Of a DNA stretch of 56,295 nt, positions 1 through 10,809 are shown piece by piece. Origin of the DNA: Candidatus Eiseniibacteriota bacterium (GTDB lineage Bacteria; Eisenbacteria; RBG-16-71-46; DASYSL01). Location of the stretch: positions 1 through 56,295 of the forward strand of contig JANPEF010000075.1 of NCBI GenBank assembly GCA_031431875.1, written 5' to 3'. The notes beneath the pieces are model-generated. The model was not told the DNA's origin and did no database searches. It saw only the letters and a program-made list of their open reading frames with translations. The number at the start of each line of letters is the position of its first letter. Within the stretch, counting starts at the first letter, position 1. The position numbers were made by a program, and so were the translations under genes.

Positions 1-637
1 CGAAGTTGTAGCGGCAGAACTCGACCTCGTTCTGCAGCCAGAGGTCGGCCCACGAGAGGTAGCCGCCGCGACCGTCGGCGGCGTACTTGAGCTCCTGCAC
101 GCTCTTCGTGCCCTGGATCGCCATCGCGATGCGGTCGAGCCCGTAAGTGATCTCGCCCGAGATGGGCGACAGGTCGATGCCGCCCACCTGCTGGAAGTAG
201 GTGAACTGCGTGATCTCCATGCCGTCCATCCACACCTGCCAGCCCAGGCCCCACGCGCCGAGCGTCGGGCTCTCCCAGTCGTCCTCGACGAGGCGCAGGT
301 CGTGCGCCTTCGCGTCGATGCCGAGCCCGGCCAGGCTCTCGAAGTAGAGGTCGAGGATGTCCGGCGGGGAGGGCTTCAAGATCACCTGGTACTGGTAGAA
401 GCGCTGGAAGCGGTTCGGGTTCTCGCCGTAGCGCCCGTCCTTGGGCCGTCGCGACGGCTCGACGTACGCGGCACGCCACGGCTCCGGGCCGAGCGCGCGC
501 AGGAAGGTCGCGGGATTGAACGTGCCCGCCCCCACCTCCGAGGCATAGGGCTGCTCGATGACGCAGCCGCGCTCGTGCCAGAAGCGCTCGAGCGTGATCA
601 GCATGTCCTGGAAGGTTGCGGCGGGGCGTGCGGTCAT
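1..637 (-). CDS. glyQ: Glycine--tRNA ligase alpha subunit (3' end runs off window start)
   Basis: Manual translation from ATG 637: [47 protein letters not shown]..., later [14 protein letters not shown] and [16 protein letters not shown] overlap with recO stop. Not in the ORF track because it is truncated. Confidence 0.96.
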   Translation of the reverse strand, partial: MTARPAATFQDMLITLERFWHERGCVIEQPYASEVGAGTFNPATFLRALGPEPWRAAYVEPSRRPKDGRYGENPNRFQRFYQYQVILKPSPPDILDLYFESLAGLGIDAKAHDLRLVEDDWESPTLGAWGLGWQVWMDGMEITQFTYFQQVGGIDLSPISGEITYGLDRIAMAIQGTKSVQELKYAADGRGGYLSWADLWLQNEVEFCRYNF

Positions 638-1404
638 CGGACTTCCCGGGCTTCAGCGCCCTCGAGGGACAGGAGCATCGCGAGGGACTTGAACCCCGCG
701 AAGCGCGGAACGTGGTGCTTCAGGTGCAGCTCGACCAGGCGGAGCATCTCGCCGGCGCGGGCCGAGGCGAATGGCGCCGCCGGGTCGGCCAGGTCGAGGA
801 CCAGCGCCCGGGCGATGCCCGTCAGCGCCTCGCGCGAGACGACGGCGACCGTGCCCTCGCCCTCGGCGCAGCGCGCGCACACCGCCCCGCCGCGCGCCGG
901 CGCCCAGCGATCGGCCGGCGGTGCGCCACAGCCGGCGCAGCGATCGGCGACCGGCCGGTAGCCGAGCACGCCCGCGCCCTGCAACTGGAACGCGAGCGTG
1001 ATCGACGCCAGCGTCTTCTCGTCCGGTGCGACGCGCAAGGCGGCGATCGCGGCGAGCACCAGGTCGTAGAGCCGGGGCTCGTGCTCGGTCTCCCACACCA
1101 GGCGATCGACGAACTCGAGCACGGCCTGCGCGTGCACGACGCGGGCGAAGCCGAGATCCGGCCACGCCGCGATCACGTCGACCTTGGACAGGAGATCGAG
1201 GTCGCGCCCGTCTTTCCGGTAGAGCACGACGTCGATCTGCGACAGTGGCTCGAGCCCGGCGCCGAACGGCCGCCGCGGCCCGCGGGCGCCCTTCGCCACA
1301 CCGCGGATCAGGCCGAACTCGCGGCTGAACAGCACCGCGATACGACTCGTGTCTCCGAGGGCGTAGGTGCGCACGACGACGGCTTCGCAGCGGGTGAGGG
1401 CCAT
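634..1404 (-). CDS. recO: DNA repair protein RecO
   Basis: [42 protein letters not shown]-terminus; zinc finger CAGC...CARC; recO-glyQ synteny. Confidence 0.92.
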   Translation of the reverse strand: MALTRCEAVVVRTYALGDTSRIAVLFSREFGLIRGVAKGARGPRRPFGAGLEPLSQIDVVLYRKDGRDLDLLSKVDVIAAWPDLGFARVVHAQAVLEFVDRLVWETEHEPRLYDLVLAAIAALRVAPDEKTLASITLAFQLQGAGVLGYRPVADRCAGCGAPPADRWAPARGGAVCARCAEGEGTVAVVSREALTGIARALVLDLADPAAPFASARAGEMLRLVELHLKHHVPRFAGFKSLAMLLSLEGAEAREVR

Positions 1405-1445
1405 ATTCCAGTGCAGGATAGGCGACCGCGGCCGCCCGGCGCAGC

Positions 1446-2678
1446 CTATTTCCCGGCGCGGCCCACCGCGAGCGTCTTGATGCGGCGCGCATCGGCGACG
1501 AGCACCTCGAGCCTCACGCCCTGTGCCTGCACCGTGTCCCCCACGCCCGGGATGCGCCCGAAGCGTTCGAGGAAGAGCCCGGCGACGGTCTCGTAGTCCC
1601 CCTCGGGCAGGTCGAGGCCCAGCCCCTCGTTGACGTCGACGATGCGGGCCGTGCCGTCGACCGCGTGGCGACCGCCGTCGAGCGGGCGGAACGCGGTCGC
1701 GGCCGCCTCTTCCTCGCCGCGGATGTCGCCGACCAGCTCCTCGACCAGGTCCTCGACCGTGACCAGCCCGGCGGTGCCGCCGTACTCGTCGACCACGATC
1801 GCGATGGCGCGCCGGCGGGCGCGCATCTCGCGCAGCAGCTCGTCGCACGGCTTCGCCTCGGGCACGAAGTCGACCGGACGCAGCAGGCCATCGACCGGCA
1901 GATCGGAGCTGGGCGCGCGAAACAGGTCGAACAGGTGGACGATGCCGACAATTTGGTCGAGGTCGTCGCGATACACCGGGATGCGCGTGAAGCCCTTCTG
2001 GCGCACGACGCCGATCACCTCGCGCACGGTCGTCCCCAGCTCGACGGCCACGATCTCGGTGCGCGGCCGCATGGCCTGGCCGACGGCGGTTTCACCGAAG
2101 TCCATCACGCGCGACAGGATGCGGCCCTGGCCGGGGGCGACCTGTCCCGTCTCCTCGCTCTCGTCGAGCAGGAGCTGGAAATCCTGGCGATTGAGCGCGG
2201 CGCGCGCGGGCGACGCCTTGACTCCAAGGAGCCGCACCAGCCCCGTGGCGACCAGGTTCACCGTGCCGATCAAGGGCGCGAAGAAGCGCGACAGCGCGTC
2301 GAGCGGCGGCGCCAGGCGCACCGCCAGGTTGTCGGCCTGCGCCCGGGCGATGGCCTTGGGCACGATCTCGCCGGTGACCAGCAACAGTGCGGTGAGTGCG
2401 ATCACCAGCCATGGGACGACCCACGCATCGAAGCGGTGGATGAACCAGAGCGTCGCCAGCGTGGTGACGAACGTGTTCGCCAGCGTGCCGCCGACCAGCG
2501 TCACGCCGAACAGTCGCGGCCCGTCGGACAGGAGCACGAGCGCGCGCGCGGCGGCGGCGTCACCCGCGTCCGCCCGGTGCGACAGCCGCGTGCGGTTGGC
2601 CGACACGAGCGCGGTCTCGACGGCCGAGAAGAATGCCGACACCAGGAGGCCGAGCGCAACGAGCAGGAGCGGGATCAC
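1446..2678 (-). CDS. Hemolysin/CNNM family protein (DUF21 + CBS pair + CorC/HlyC domain)
   Basis: SAFFSAVETALVS, GEIVPKAIA, VVDEYGGTAGLVTVEDLVEELVGDI, YETVAG; GTG start overlaps upstream stop (GTGA). Confidence 0.92.
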   Translation of the reverse strand: MIPLLLVALGLLVSAFFSAVETALVSANRTRLSHRADAGDAAAARALVLLSDGPRLFGVTLVGGTLANTFVTTLATLWFIHRFDAWVVPWLVIALTALLLVTGEIVPKAIARAQADNLAVRLAPPLDALSRFFAPLIGTVNLVATGLVRLLGVKASPARAALNRQDFQLLLDESEETGQVAPGQGRILSRVMDFGETAVGQAMRPRTEIVAVELGTTVREVIGVVRQKGFTRIPVYRDDLDQIVGIVHLFDLFRAPSSDLPVDGLLRPVDFVPEAKPCDELLREMRARRRAIAIVVDEYGGTAGLVTVEDLVEELVGDIRGEEEAAATAFRPLDGGRHAVDGTARIVDVNEGLGLDLPEGDYETVAGLFLERFGRIPGVGDTVQAQGVRLEVLVADARRIKTLAVGRAGK

Positions 2679-3943
2679 GCCAGCACCCCCGGTTCGACAC
2701 GCACGCTCCACACCTGCCGGCCGGTCACGGCCTCGACCGTGAGGCGAGCATCGCCGACGACGAACGTGTCGCCCTCGGCCGGCGCCTCACTGCGCAGGCG
2801 GGCGACGAGCTGCGCCATCGTCTCGCCCGACGCGCCCGGCAGCCGGACGCCGAGCAGCCGGTTCACCTCGGCGACAGCGACGCGGCCGCGGAACGTGCCC
2901 TTGCCTTCGCCGAGCGGCCGGAACGCCGGCTCCTCCTCCTCGAACTCGTCGGCCAGGTCGCCGACGATTTCCTCGAGGACATCCTCGAGCGTGACGATGC
3001 CGAGGGCGTGCTGCGCGTCGTCGACGATCACCGCCATGTGCACGCGCTCCTTCTGGAACGCGCGCAGCAGCTCCTCGAGCCCGGTCGCGGGGCGGGCAAA
3101 GAACGGCGGGCGCATGATGCCGCGCACCGCGCGATCGCCCGGATCGTCCAGGGTCCAGGCGACGATGTCCTTGGCGTAGAGCACGCCGACGATGCGATCG
3201 ATCGTGCCGTCGTAGAGCGGGATGCGGGCGTGGCGCGCGTCGGTGAACACGTCGAGCGCGGCGGCGATCGGCGTGTCGGCGCTCATCAGGACGACGTCGG
3301 CGCGCGGCACCAGGATCTCGCCGGCGGTGCGCTCGCCGAAGCGAAATGCACCGCGGAACAGGCGGCTCTCCTCGGCGTTGAGCGTGCCTTCGCGGGCGCC
3401 CACCTCGACCAGGGTCTCGAGCTCGTCGGCCGACAGCGGCTCGGGCTCGCCGCCGCGCACGAAGCGTGTCGACCACCCGGCAATGCGCTCGAGCAGGGTG
3501 GCCAGCGGCGCCAGTGCGGGGCGCATCGCGGCATAGGCACGCGCGGCCCATGGTGCCACCGCCTCGTTGCGCTCGAAGGCCACGGTCTTGGGCGCCAGCT
3601 CGCAGACGACGAGGAAGAAGGCCGACAGGCCCAGCGTCTGCACGCCGATCAGGATCCACTCGGGCACGTCCAGGGAGAGCCGCACGACGCCGCGATCGAG
3701 CAGCACCGCGGCCACCGCCGCCGCGCCGACCCCGACCAGCGTGTTGCCCAGCAGCACCTGGACGAGCAATGCGTGCGGCTTCTCGAGCAGGCGGCGGAAT
3801 ACGTCCCCGACGGTCCCCTTCTCCTGCGCCCAGCGCCGCGCGCGCGCCCGCGGCACGGCAAACAGCGCGATCTCGATCGTGGCAAAGAGCCCGGAGAGGA
3901 ACACCAGCACGCCGAACAGCGCCAGCAGGTTTGCCGAGCTCAC
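2675..3943 (-). CDS. Second hemolysin/CNNM family protein (DUF21 + CBS pair + CorC/HlyC)
   Basis: SGLFATIEIALF, CELAPKTVA, GIVTLEDVLEEIVGDL; GTGA overlap with ybeY stop. Confidence 0.9.
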   Translation of the reverse strand: MSSANLLALFGVLVFLSGLFATIEIALFAVPRARARRWAQEKGTVGDVFRRLLEKPHALLVQVLLGNTLVGVGAAAVAAVLLDRGVVRLSLDVPEWILIGVQTLGLSAFFLVVCELAPKTVAFERNEAVAPWAARAYAAMRPALAPLATLLERIAGWSTRFVRGGEPEPLSADELETLVEVGAREGTLNAEESRLFRGAFRFGERTAGEILVPRADVVLMSADTPIAAALDVFTDARHARIPLYDGTIDRIVGVLYAKDIVAWTLDDPGDRAVRGIMRPPFFARPATGLEELLRAFQKERVHMAVIVDDAQHALGIVTLEDVLEEIVGDLADEFEEEEPAFRPLGEGKGTFRGRVAVAEVNRLLGVRLPGASGETMAQLVARLRSEAPAEGDTFVVGDARLTVEAVTGRQVWSVRVEPGVLA

Positions 3944-4446
3944 GGGCGCGCCTCGCGCAGGGCCGCCGCCGCGATCGCCTCGAACGCGGGGAGGCCGCCG
4001 CGCGGCAGGTCCGTGCGCAGCGCGACGCGCTCGGCCGCGCGCATGATGCGCCGCTCGCCGGCCTTCATGTGATCGTGTCCGCACAGGTGGAGCAGGCCGT
4101 GGGTGACCAGGCGCAGGAGCTCCGCGCCCGGCGAGTGGCGGTAGCGCTTCGCCTGGGCGGCGATCCGCGCCGTCGACAGGTAGAGCTCGCCTTCGAGCCC
4201 GCGCCCCTTGGTGCCGGGGCCGTCGTCGACATAGGTGAACGAAAGCACGTCGGTGGCGCGGTCGATGCTGCGGTACTCGGCGTTGAGCCGCCGCAGCTCC
4301 GCGTCACTGGCGAAGACGATTCCCAGGTCGACCCGGCGCACACCCTCGCGCCCCAGCACCGCGCGCGCGTAGGCGGCGAGGCGGGCGCGAGCGGCGGCCG
4401 GGAAGCCCGGCCTAGTGACGCCGGCTTTCGCGAGCGTGATCGGCAT
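3940..4446 (-). CDS. ybeY: rRNA maturation endoribonuclease YbeY
   Basis: LNAEYRSIDRATDVLSF and HGLLHLCGHDH motifs. Confidence 0.93.
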   Translation of the reverse strand: MPITLAKAGVTRPGFPAAARARLAAYARAVLGREGVRRVDLGIVFASDAELRRLNAEYRSIDRATDVLSFTYVDDGPGTKGRGLEGELYLSTARIAAQAKRYRHSPGAELLRLVTHGLLHLCGHDHMKAGERRIMRAAERVALRTDLPRGGLPAFEAIAAAALREARP

Positions 4447-6619
4447 CGCGGCCCTTGACGGGAAGTTCGGGGTAGGCGACGCGCACATGGAAGATGCCCG
4501 TCAATACCTGGAGATACGCCTCGCGGATCTTCGCCAGGTCGGCGAGCGACAGCCCGCACTCGTCGAGCTGCCCCTCGTGCAGGCGCTGGTCGACGATCTT
4601 GTCGACCAGGCCCTTGAGGCGCGCCGGCGTGGGGTTCGACAGCGAACGCGAGGCGCCCTCGATCGAGTCGGCCATCATGACGATGGCGGTTTCCTTCGAT
4701 TGCGGCCGCGGCCCGGGGTAGCGGTACTCGTGGTCGGGCGTCGTCGGGTCCTGCTCCAGCGCCTTGGCGTAGAAGAACGCCATCACCGTCGTCCCGTGGT
4801 GCTCGGGGATCGCGGCATACACGGCCGGCGGCAGCTTCTCCTTCTTCGCCAGCACGAGGCCGTCGACCACGTGCGACTTGATCACCAGCGCCGACATCGA
4901 CGGCGTGAGCCTGGCGTGGCGCGACACGGCGCCGGCCTCGTTCTCGGTGTAGTACTCGGGCTTCATCAGCTTGCCGATGTCGTGGTGATAGGCGCACACG
5001 CGGGCGCGCAGCGAGTTCGCGCCGATCGACATCGCCGCCGCCTCGGCCAGCGAACCGACCAGCAGCGAGTGGTGGTACGTGCCCGGCGCCTCGATCATCA
5101 GGCGCCGCAGCAGCGGACGGTTGAGGTCCGACAGCTCGAGCAGCGTGATGTCCGAAGGGACGCGGAACGCGGCCTCGACGATGGGCAGCAGCACCATGGC
5201 GAGGAACGACGACAGTGCCGCGCCCATCACGCCGGCGAGCACGTCGCGGGCGATGGCGCGCACGGGCGCCTGCTGCCCGAACCCGGTTGCGGCGACGGCC
5301 AACGCCACCGCCATCGCCACCGAGAACAGGGCAGCGTAGAAGTGCCGGCGCTGGCGCATGCGGCGCACCGCGTAGACGGCGACGATCGAGCCGACCACGG
5401 CCACGGGCACGAACGCCGGGCGATACTCGGCGACCGCAGCCAGGGCCACGACCAGCAACAGCGAGAACACGAGTGCCAGCCGCTTGTCGAACAGGATCGA
5501 CAGAATCAGCGGCGCGAACATGATCGGCACCGCGTACTCGGGCAGGTGGAACACGCGCGTCACCAGCGCCGCCGCGCCGAACGTGGCCGCGACCAGCAGC
5601 GTGCACAGCAGCAGGAGCCCGTTGTCGTGGTACGCCTGCGGCTGCTCGAAGCGCAGGTAGATGGCGAACGCGGCGACGAACAGGAGCAGCAGAGTCATGC
5701 GCGCCAGCGACGGGCCGAACAGGTCCTGTGGCCCGCGGATCTCGCCCTGCAGCGCCTCGAGCGAGCGGATGCGCGCCAGCGTCGCCGGCGTAATGCGCTC
5801 GCCCGCGTCGATGATCTTCTCGTTCTTCTTCACCTCGCCGACGTCGGTGGCGATCGCGGCCTTGACCTGGGCACGCCGCCATTCGGTCTCGTCGACGTCG
5901 TAGAGCACGTTCGGCCGGGCGAATGCCGAGACCAGCGAGACGATTGCCGCCTGCGCCGACGGATCGCCGACAAACAGCGCCGCAGCGCGCCCGCGTGCGG
6001 CGGCGTCGACCTCCCGGAGGTCGTACAGCGAGTCGAGCGGGACCGTGCGCTCGCCGGCCAGCGTGCGCACGTCGGCGACGGTGCGCCCGGCCAGCGCGGG
6101 GGCGCGCTTGTCGGCGACGACGCCGAGCGCAAACGCCTCGTCGAGGAAGCGCCCCGCCTCCTCGAGGATGCGCGACGCGTGGCCGGGCGCGGCGAGGGCG
6201 GCGTAGGCGTCGGTGGTCAGCGGCAGGCCGAGTTGGCGCAGCAGCGCCAGCCGCTCGGCGCCCGCATCGCCGCGGTCCAGCGCGGAGGTCGCCGCCTCGA
6301 CGAAGGCAGCGTAGCGGCCCTGCACGTCGGTCCACACGCGCGCCTCGCGGCGCAACACCGGCGGCACGGCGCGCGCGACCTGGTCGCGCTCACGCGCGAG
6401 CTGCGCCGCGTCCTTCAGGATGCGGAAGTCGAACGGGGCGGTGATACGCTCGCGCGCCACCTCGCCGACCTGGTAGCCGGCGCCCTGCGTTCGGGGTTGT
6501 GGAAACGCCAGCACACCAGCCGCCACGACGATGCACGCCAACGCGACGCGACGCACGAGCCGCCCCCACGGGCGGCCCGGTCGTTCGCGATCCGGGAGGG
6601 CGGGTCGGCGTGGACTCAC
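4412..6619 (-). CDS. 7TM receptor with intracellular HD/HDIG phosphohydrolase (PgpH-like)
   Basis: Extracellular domain, about 7 TM helices, LLELSDLNRPLLRRL, APGTYHHS, YHHDIGK, EHHGT, YRYPGPRPQSKE. Confidence 0.92.
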   Translation of the reverse strand: MSPRRPALPDRERPGRPWGRLVRRVALACIVVAAGVLAFPQPRTQGAGYQVGEVARERITAPFDFRILKDAAQLARERDQVARAVPPVLRREARVWTDVQGRYAAFVEAATSALDRGDAGAERLALLRQLGLPLTTDAYAALAAPGHASRILEEAGRFLDEAFALGVVADKRAPALAGRTVADVRTLAGERTVPLDSLYDLREVDAAARGRAAALFVGDPSAQAAIVSLVSAFARPNVLYDVDETEWRRAQVKAAIATDVGEVKKNEKIIDAGERITPATLARIRSLEALQGEIRGPQDLFGPSLARMTLLLLFVAAFAIYLRFEQPQAYHDNGLLLLCTLLVAATFGAAALVTRVFHLPEYAVPIMFAPLILSILFDKRLALVFSLLLVVALAAVAEYRPAFVPVAVVGSIVAVYAVRRMRQRRHFYAALFSVAMAVALAVAATGFGQQAPVRAIARDVLAGVMGAALSSFLAMVLLPIVEAAFRVPSDITLLELSDLNRPLLRRLMIEAPGTYHHSLLVGSLAEAAAMSIGANSLRARVCAYHHDIGKLMKPEYYTENEAGAVSRHARLTPSMSALVIKSHVVDGLVLAKKEKLPPAVYAAIPEHHGTTVMAFFYAKALEQDPTTPDHEYRYPGPRPQSKETAIVMMADSIEGASRSLSNPTPARLKGLVDKIVDQRLHEGQLDECGLSLADLAKIREAYLQVLTGIFHVRVAYPELPVKGRDADHARESRRH

Positions 6620-7653
6620 ACTGCGCTGCCGTCGTCCGTGCCCGCGTGTGTCTTGTGGAAGACGTCGAACGCGTGAAGGATGTCGCGCACCAGTCGGTGG
6701 CGCACGACGTCGCTCTTCTCGAAGTAGACGAACTTGATGTCGTCGATGCCCGCGAGGATTTCCTGGATCTGGACGAGGCCCGATGTGGCCGGGTTCGCCA
6801 GGTCGATCTGCGTCACGTCGCCGGTGATCGCCGCGCGCGCGCCGATGCCCAGGCGCGTGAGGTACATCTTCATCTGCCGCACGGTCGTGTTCTGCGCCTC
6901 GTCGAGGATGACGAACGCATTCGTGAGCGTGCGCCCGCGCATGAACGCCAGCGGCGCGATCTCGATCACGCCGAGCTCGAGGAAGCGGCGGATCTTCTCG
7001 AACGGCATGAGATCCTGCAGCGCGTCGTACAGAGGCCGCAGGTACGGATCGACCTTCTCCTGCATGTCGCCCGGCAGGAAGCCGAGGCTCTCGCCCGCCT
7101 CCACCGCGGGACGCACGAGCACGATGCGCTCGACCTTCTTCTGGCGCAGCGCATGCACGGCGGCGGCCACGGCCAGGTAGGTCTTCCCGGTACCCGCAGG
7201 TCCGATGGCGAACACGACGTCGTAGGTCTCGAGCGCCTTGAGATACCGCGCCTGGTTCGGCGAGCGCGCACGCAACGTCTTCCGTTCGAAGACATAGGTC
7301 GGGCCCTCGCCCTCCGGCAGCTCGCGATCACCGGCCTCGGTCAGGCGCTCGACCCCCGCGCCGTCGCCGTGCGGTCCGCCGTTGCCGAACCCGCCGTTGT
7401 CACCCAGCGCACGCGACACGTCATGCTCCTCGACCAGGCGCCCGCGCTCGGCCAGGCCCACGATCTCCTTCAAGACACGCGTCGCGTCCTCGACCGGCGC
7501 CTCGTCCCCCGCGACCGACAGCGTCGAGTCGCGCATGGTGATGCGGACCGGCATGTGCCGCTCGATGAACCGCAGGTTCTGGTCGTTCTGCCCCAGGACG
7601 TGCAACGGGTCGACGTGCTCGATCCCGATCTTGCGTACGAAAATCCTGCCCAT
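6616..7653 (-). CDS. phoH: PhoH-like ATPase (YbeZ)
   Basis: [55 protein letters not shown]. Confidence 0.95.
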   Translation of the reverse strand: MGRIFVRKIGIEHVDPLHVLGQNDQNLRFIERHMPVRITMRDSTLSVAGDEAPVEDATRVLKEIVGLAERGRLVEEHDVSRALGDNGGFGNGGPHGDGAGVERLTEAGDRELPEGEGPTYVFERKTLRARSPNQARYLKALETYDVVFAIGPAGTGKTYLAVAAAVHALRQKKVERIVLVRPAVEAGESLGFLPGDMQEKVDPYLRPLYDALQDLMPFEKIRRFLELGVIEIAPLAFMRGRTLTNAFVILDEAQNTTVRQMKMYLTRLGIGARAAITGDVTQIDLANPATSGLVQIQEILAGIDDIKFVYFEKSDVVRHRLVRDILHAFDVFHKTHAGTDDGSAV

Positions 7654-8215
7654 GATCTCCCTTCGGCCTCAGGCCCGCGTCGTGCGGTGGCCGGAAAGAC
7701 GAGACGGCTCCGACGGGCCCGCACAAAGCGAGGCCCGGGAGCCGATCCCGGCGGGTCGATTCACCCGTTGCGTGATGTGAGCTGAAGGGACCATTCCTGC
7801 GGCCGAACGCTAGCACCGGGGGGGTCGGGGGTCAACTTGCGGGACTGGCTTGGGGGACTGGCGCGCGGCTTCGAGGGGGTGGACGCCCGCCCGATCGGTC
7901 CCGCCTCGGGCTCGCACGCCGGCGGCCCGTCAGCAGAACGGACGAGCGGACGGGCCGTAAACAACTTGTGCGGGGATTGCTCGGTGGGTGATGTGAGCTG
8001 CGCGCCCGAGACGGGAGGCGAGGGGGGCAGGACTGGACATCTGGATTGACGAACGAGGGGCGGGCTGACAGGTTTGGCGCGGCGCGCAAGTGAGCAGAAC
8101 CCTGGCACGACGGGAACACGCGCTGTTGGGGCAGGTTGGCGCGAAGTATCCGAATGCCGAGGACAAGTCCCGACAACCTTTGATCGACCACCCCGTCCCT
8201 CACCCGGAGCATGTC

Positions 8216-8548
8216 ATGGCCACCGCGGTCGCATTGAAGCACAAGGACACGGGTATCTTGAAGACTGGGTACTTCGGATTCTCGTGGACGACCCTTCTCT
8301 TCGGCTTCTTTCCCGCACTGTTTCGGGGTGACTTCATCACGTTCATCGGGGGATTCGTAATTTCCATGATCATTGCGCTCGTCACCTTCGGATTCGGAGC
8401 GCTGCTGATCGGGCTCATCTGGGCGTTCATGTACAACAAGCACTTCACTCGCAAGCTCCTTGAGTCCGGCTACATCTTCAATGACGATCCGGCCATCAAC
8501 GAGGAGGCCGCGACGGCGCTCGAGGTCGCGTATGCGCCACCCACCTGA
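8216..8548 (+). CDS. Small membrane protein, HrgC/DUF2628-like
   Basis: GGAG RBS then MATAVALKHKDTGILKTGYFGFSWTTLLFGFFPALFRGD...YNKHFTRKLLESGY; hydrophobic core. Confidence 0.75.
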   Translation: MATAVALKHKDTGILKTGYFGFSWTTLLFGFFPALFRGDFITFIGGFVISMIIALVTFGFGALLIGLIWAFMYNKHFTRKLLESGYIFNDDPAINEEAATALEVAYAPPT

Positions 8549-8584
8549 AGTCCCCAACCAAGGACCCCCCGCCCGATCCAGATC

Positions 8585-8986
8585 ATGACCGCCCTCGCCG
8601 GGCGGACGTTCGTCGCGGGTTGCAGCGCGCCCGCGCCCAGGGAGCCCGTCGAGCAGGAGGTCGTGTGGAGCCAGGCCGTCGGGTGAGAGGGCCTGGAAGG
8701 GCGAGTCCGGCTTCCCAGAGGTGTACGTGAACGCGTCCGTCTGACAGGTCTACGATCTCGGCTTGCGCTGAACGCCTACGCCAATGGCGAGTCGGAGATC
8801 AGTATCATGCTGTGGGCGGCGGAGCAGCACTTCGAAGAGGCCCCGAAGGGACTGCTCCAACCCGGCATGCTGGCGAACCGCGTGATCCTCGAAGGGGATC
8901 CGCTCACGGCTCTGTCGAACGTGGTCAAGGACATGAAGGTGGTCGAGACAATCAAGGAAGGGATCGGGATCTACCCCGCACTATGA
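8585..8986 (+). pseudogene. Remnant of an amidohydrolase-3 (YtcJ-like) gene with large internal deletions
   Basis: 8768-8986 reads [47 protein letters not shown]...[16 protein letters not shown], resembling the amidohydrolase C-terminus (KGS.E.GK.AD.V.L..DPL); a lipoprotein-like fragment starts at 8585. Confidence 0.6.
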
Positions 8987-9330
8987 GCCAGCTTCCCACC
9001 TGCCCCAAGTGCAGCTCGGAGTACACCTACGAGGACGGCCACATGATCGTGTGCCCGTCGTGCGCACACGAATGGTCGAAGGATGGCACGCAGGACGCGG
9101 CCGCTGTTCCGGCGGCCCCGGTGGTCCGCGACGCACACGGCAACCCGCTCGCCGACGGCGACACGGTGACGATGATCAAGGACCTGAAGGTGAAGGGCGC
9201 CTCGGGCGTGCTCAAGATCGGCACGCGCGTGCGCGACATCCGGCTGATCGAGGGCGACCACAACATCGACTGCCGCATCGACGGCTTCGGCGCGATGAAG
9301 CTGAAGTCGGAGTTCGTGAAGAAGGCCTAG
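8983..9330 (+). CDS. yjdM: Zinc-ribbon protein YjdM/PhnA family
   Basis: [70 protein letters not shown]. Confidence 0.93.
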   Translation: MSQLPTCPKCSSEYTYEDGHMIVCPSCAHEWSKDGTQDAAAVPAAPVVRDAHGNPLADGDTVTMIKDLKVKGASGVLKIGTRVRDIRLIEGDHNIDCRIDGFGAMKLKSEFVKKA

Positions 9331-9501
9331 GGCTTCCGGCCCCGCGGTCGAGCGAGGGCTCGACAATTCTCGCGAACAGAAATTCCGTGCTGGAAATCCG
9401 TCCCGGCGTCGCGAGACAATGCAGTCGTCGACGCCTGATCCGCGCCCACCCGGGTGCACTGAGATCGGACCTCGAGACGCGCCCCCGGTCGCAGGCCAAC
9501 C

Positions 9502-10809
9502 ATGCGCGCCTACTCGTTGACTCACCTGACCGATGCCGCCCTGATGCGCGATCTGGCCGTACTCGTCGCCCGGGATCGCGCAACGACTGCGGCCCTGCTG
9601 GCTCACATCGCCGAGGTCGACGCCCGCCGGCTCTACCTGCCGGCCGGATACGAATCGATGCACGCGTATTGTGTCGACGCGCTGCACCTGTCGGAGGATG
9701 CGGCCTACAAGCGCATCCAGGCCGCCCGCGCCGCCCGGCAGTTTCCGGCCGTGTTCGCCGCGCTGGCCGAGGGACGTCTCAACCTCACCGCGGCCTGCCT
9801 GCTCGCGCCGCACCTCTCGGCGGACAACGCGGACGGTCTGCTGGCGGCCGCAGAGCACCAGCGCAACACGGGGATCCGGGAGATGCTTGCGCGACGGTTC
9901 CCGGGGGAAAGTGGCCCGTTCGCTGCGCTGATTCCGTCGCCGGTGCCGCGTGGCGGGTCAACCCAACTTGCTGCGCAGCAAGTTGACGCCGCCGTGCAAG
10001 GGATCCCGACCGAGCCGTCGGAGTCTCCTGCACCCGCTCCCGGGCCGGACTCCCAGGACCGAATCCTGCTCCAGCTCCGCGTGACGAGGAGCACGCAGGA
10101 CAAGCTCCGCTATGCCCAGGCGCTGCTCAGCCATTCCGTGCCGTCCGGGGACACGGCGGAAGTCCTCGATCGCGCGCTCGACGCCCTCATCGCCCGCTGC
10201 GAGGGGCGGAAGTTCGCCGCCACCGCACGGCCGCGCGCGCCACGGACTCGCCCGCTGACTGCGGGGCCGCGTCAGGTCCCGGCGCACGTGAAGCGCGCCG
10301 TCTGGGCGCGGGACGAGGGCCGCTGCACCTTTGTCGGCGACACGGGGCATCGCTGCGGGACGCGCCGCTTCCTCGAGTTCGATCACTCCACTCCGGTCGC
10401 CCGTGGCGGCCTGCCGACGATCGAGCTCATGCGGCTGCGCTGCGGTGGACACAATCAGTTGGAGGCGGAGCGCAGCTTCGGGGCCGAGTTCATGGACATC
10501 CGGCGCGAGGACGCCCGTCGCCGTGCGGTGGAGGCCCGCGCCAGTGCTGCCGCCGCTTCTGAACGGTCGCGGGATGTCATCGCCGGCCTGAGGCAGCTCG
10601 GATGTCGGGTGGATGAGGCGCGCCGGGCCGCGGAGCACGCGGCGATCGCTTGCGACGGCGGCACGCTCGAGGACCAACTGCGTTCTGCGTTGAAGTTCCT
10701 GCGTCCGCCCAGATCCACGGTCGTGACGGGGGTTCACGACGTGAACAGGCTCCCCATGCTCGTCCCGGGTCGGGTTTTCGTGGCGAGCGCGAACTGCGGG
10801 AGTTCGTGA
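9502..10809 (+). CDS. HNH endonuclease-domain protein with DUF222-like N-terminus and RuvA-CTD-like tail (putative selfish/repeat element)
   Basis: VKRAVWARDEGRCTF..RCGTRRFLEFDH.TPVARGG..LRCGGHN; N-terminal LLAHIAEVDARRLY; C-terminal DVIAGLRQLG...ARRA...LRSALKFL. Confidence 0.8.
   Translation: MRAYSLTHLTDAALMRDLAVLVARDRATTAALLAHIAEVDARRLYLPAGYESMHAYCVDALHLSEDAAYKRIQAARAARQFPAVFAALAEGRLNLTAACLLAPHLSADNADGLLAAAEHQRNTGIREMLARRFPGESGPFAALIPSPVPRGGSTQLAAQQVDAAVQGIPTEPSESPAPAPGPDSQDRILLQLRVTRSTQDKLRYAQALLSHSVPSGDTAEVLDRALDALIARCEGRKFAATARPRAPRTRPLTAGPRQVPAHVKRAVWARDEGRCTFVGDTGHRCGTRRFLEFDHSTPVARGGLPTIELMRLRCGGHNQLEAERSFGAEFMDIRREDARRRAVEARASAAAASERSRDVIAGLRQLGCRVDEARRAAEHAAIACDGGTLEDQLRSALKFLRPPRSTVVTGVHDVNRLPMLVPGRVFVASANCGSS

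Noticed and set aside
1..7653. Tandem CNNM/hemolysin genes in the phoH-ybeY cluster as a novelty
   Set aside because: phoH-HD-ybeY-corC-recO-glyQ is a widespread conserved neighbourhood.
7800..8200. Short ORFs or an ncRNA upstream of the HrgC-like gene
   Set aside because: No recognisable motif, RBS or convincing fold.
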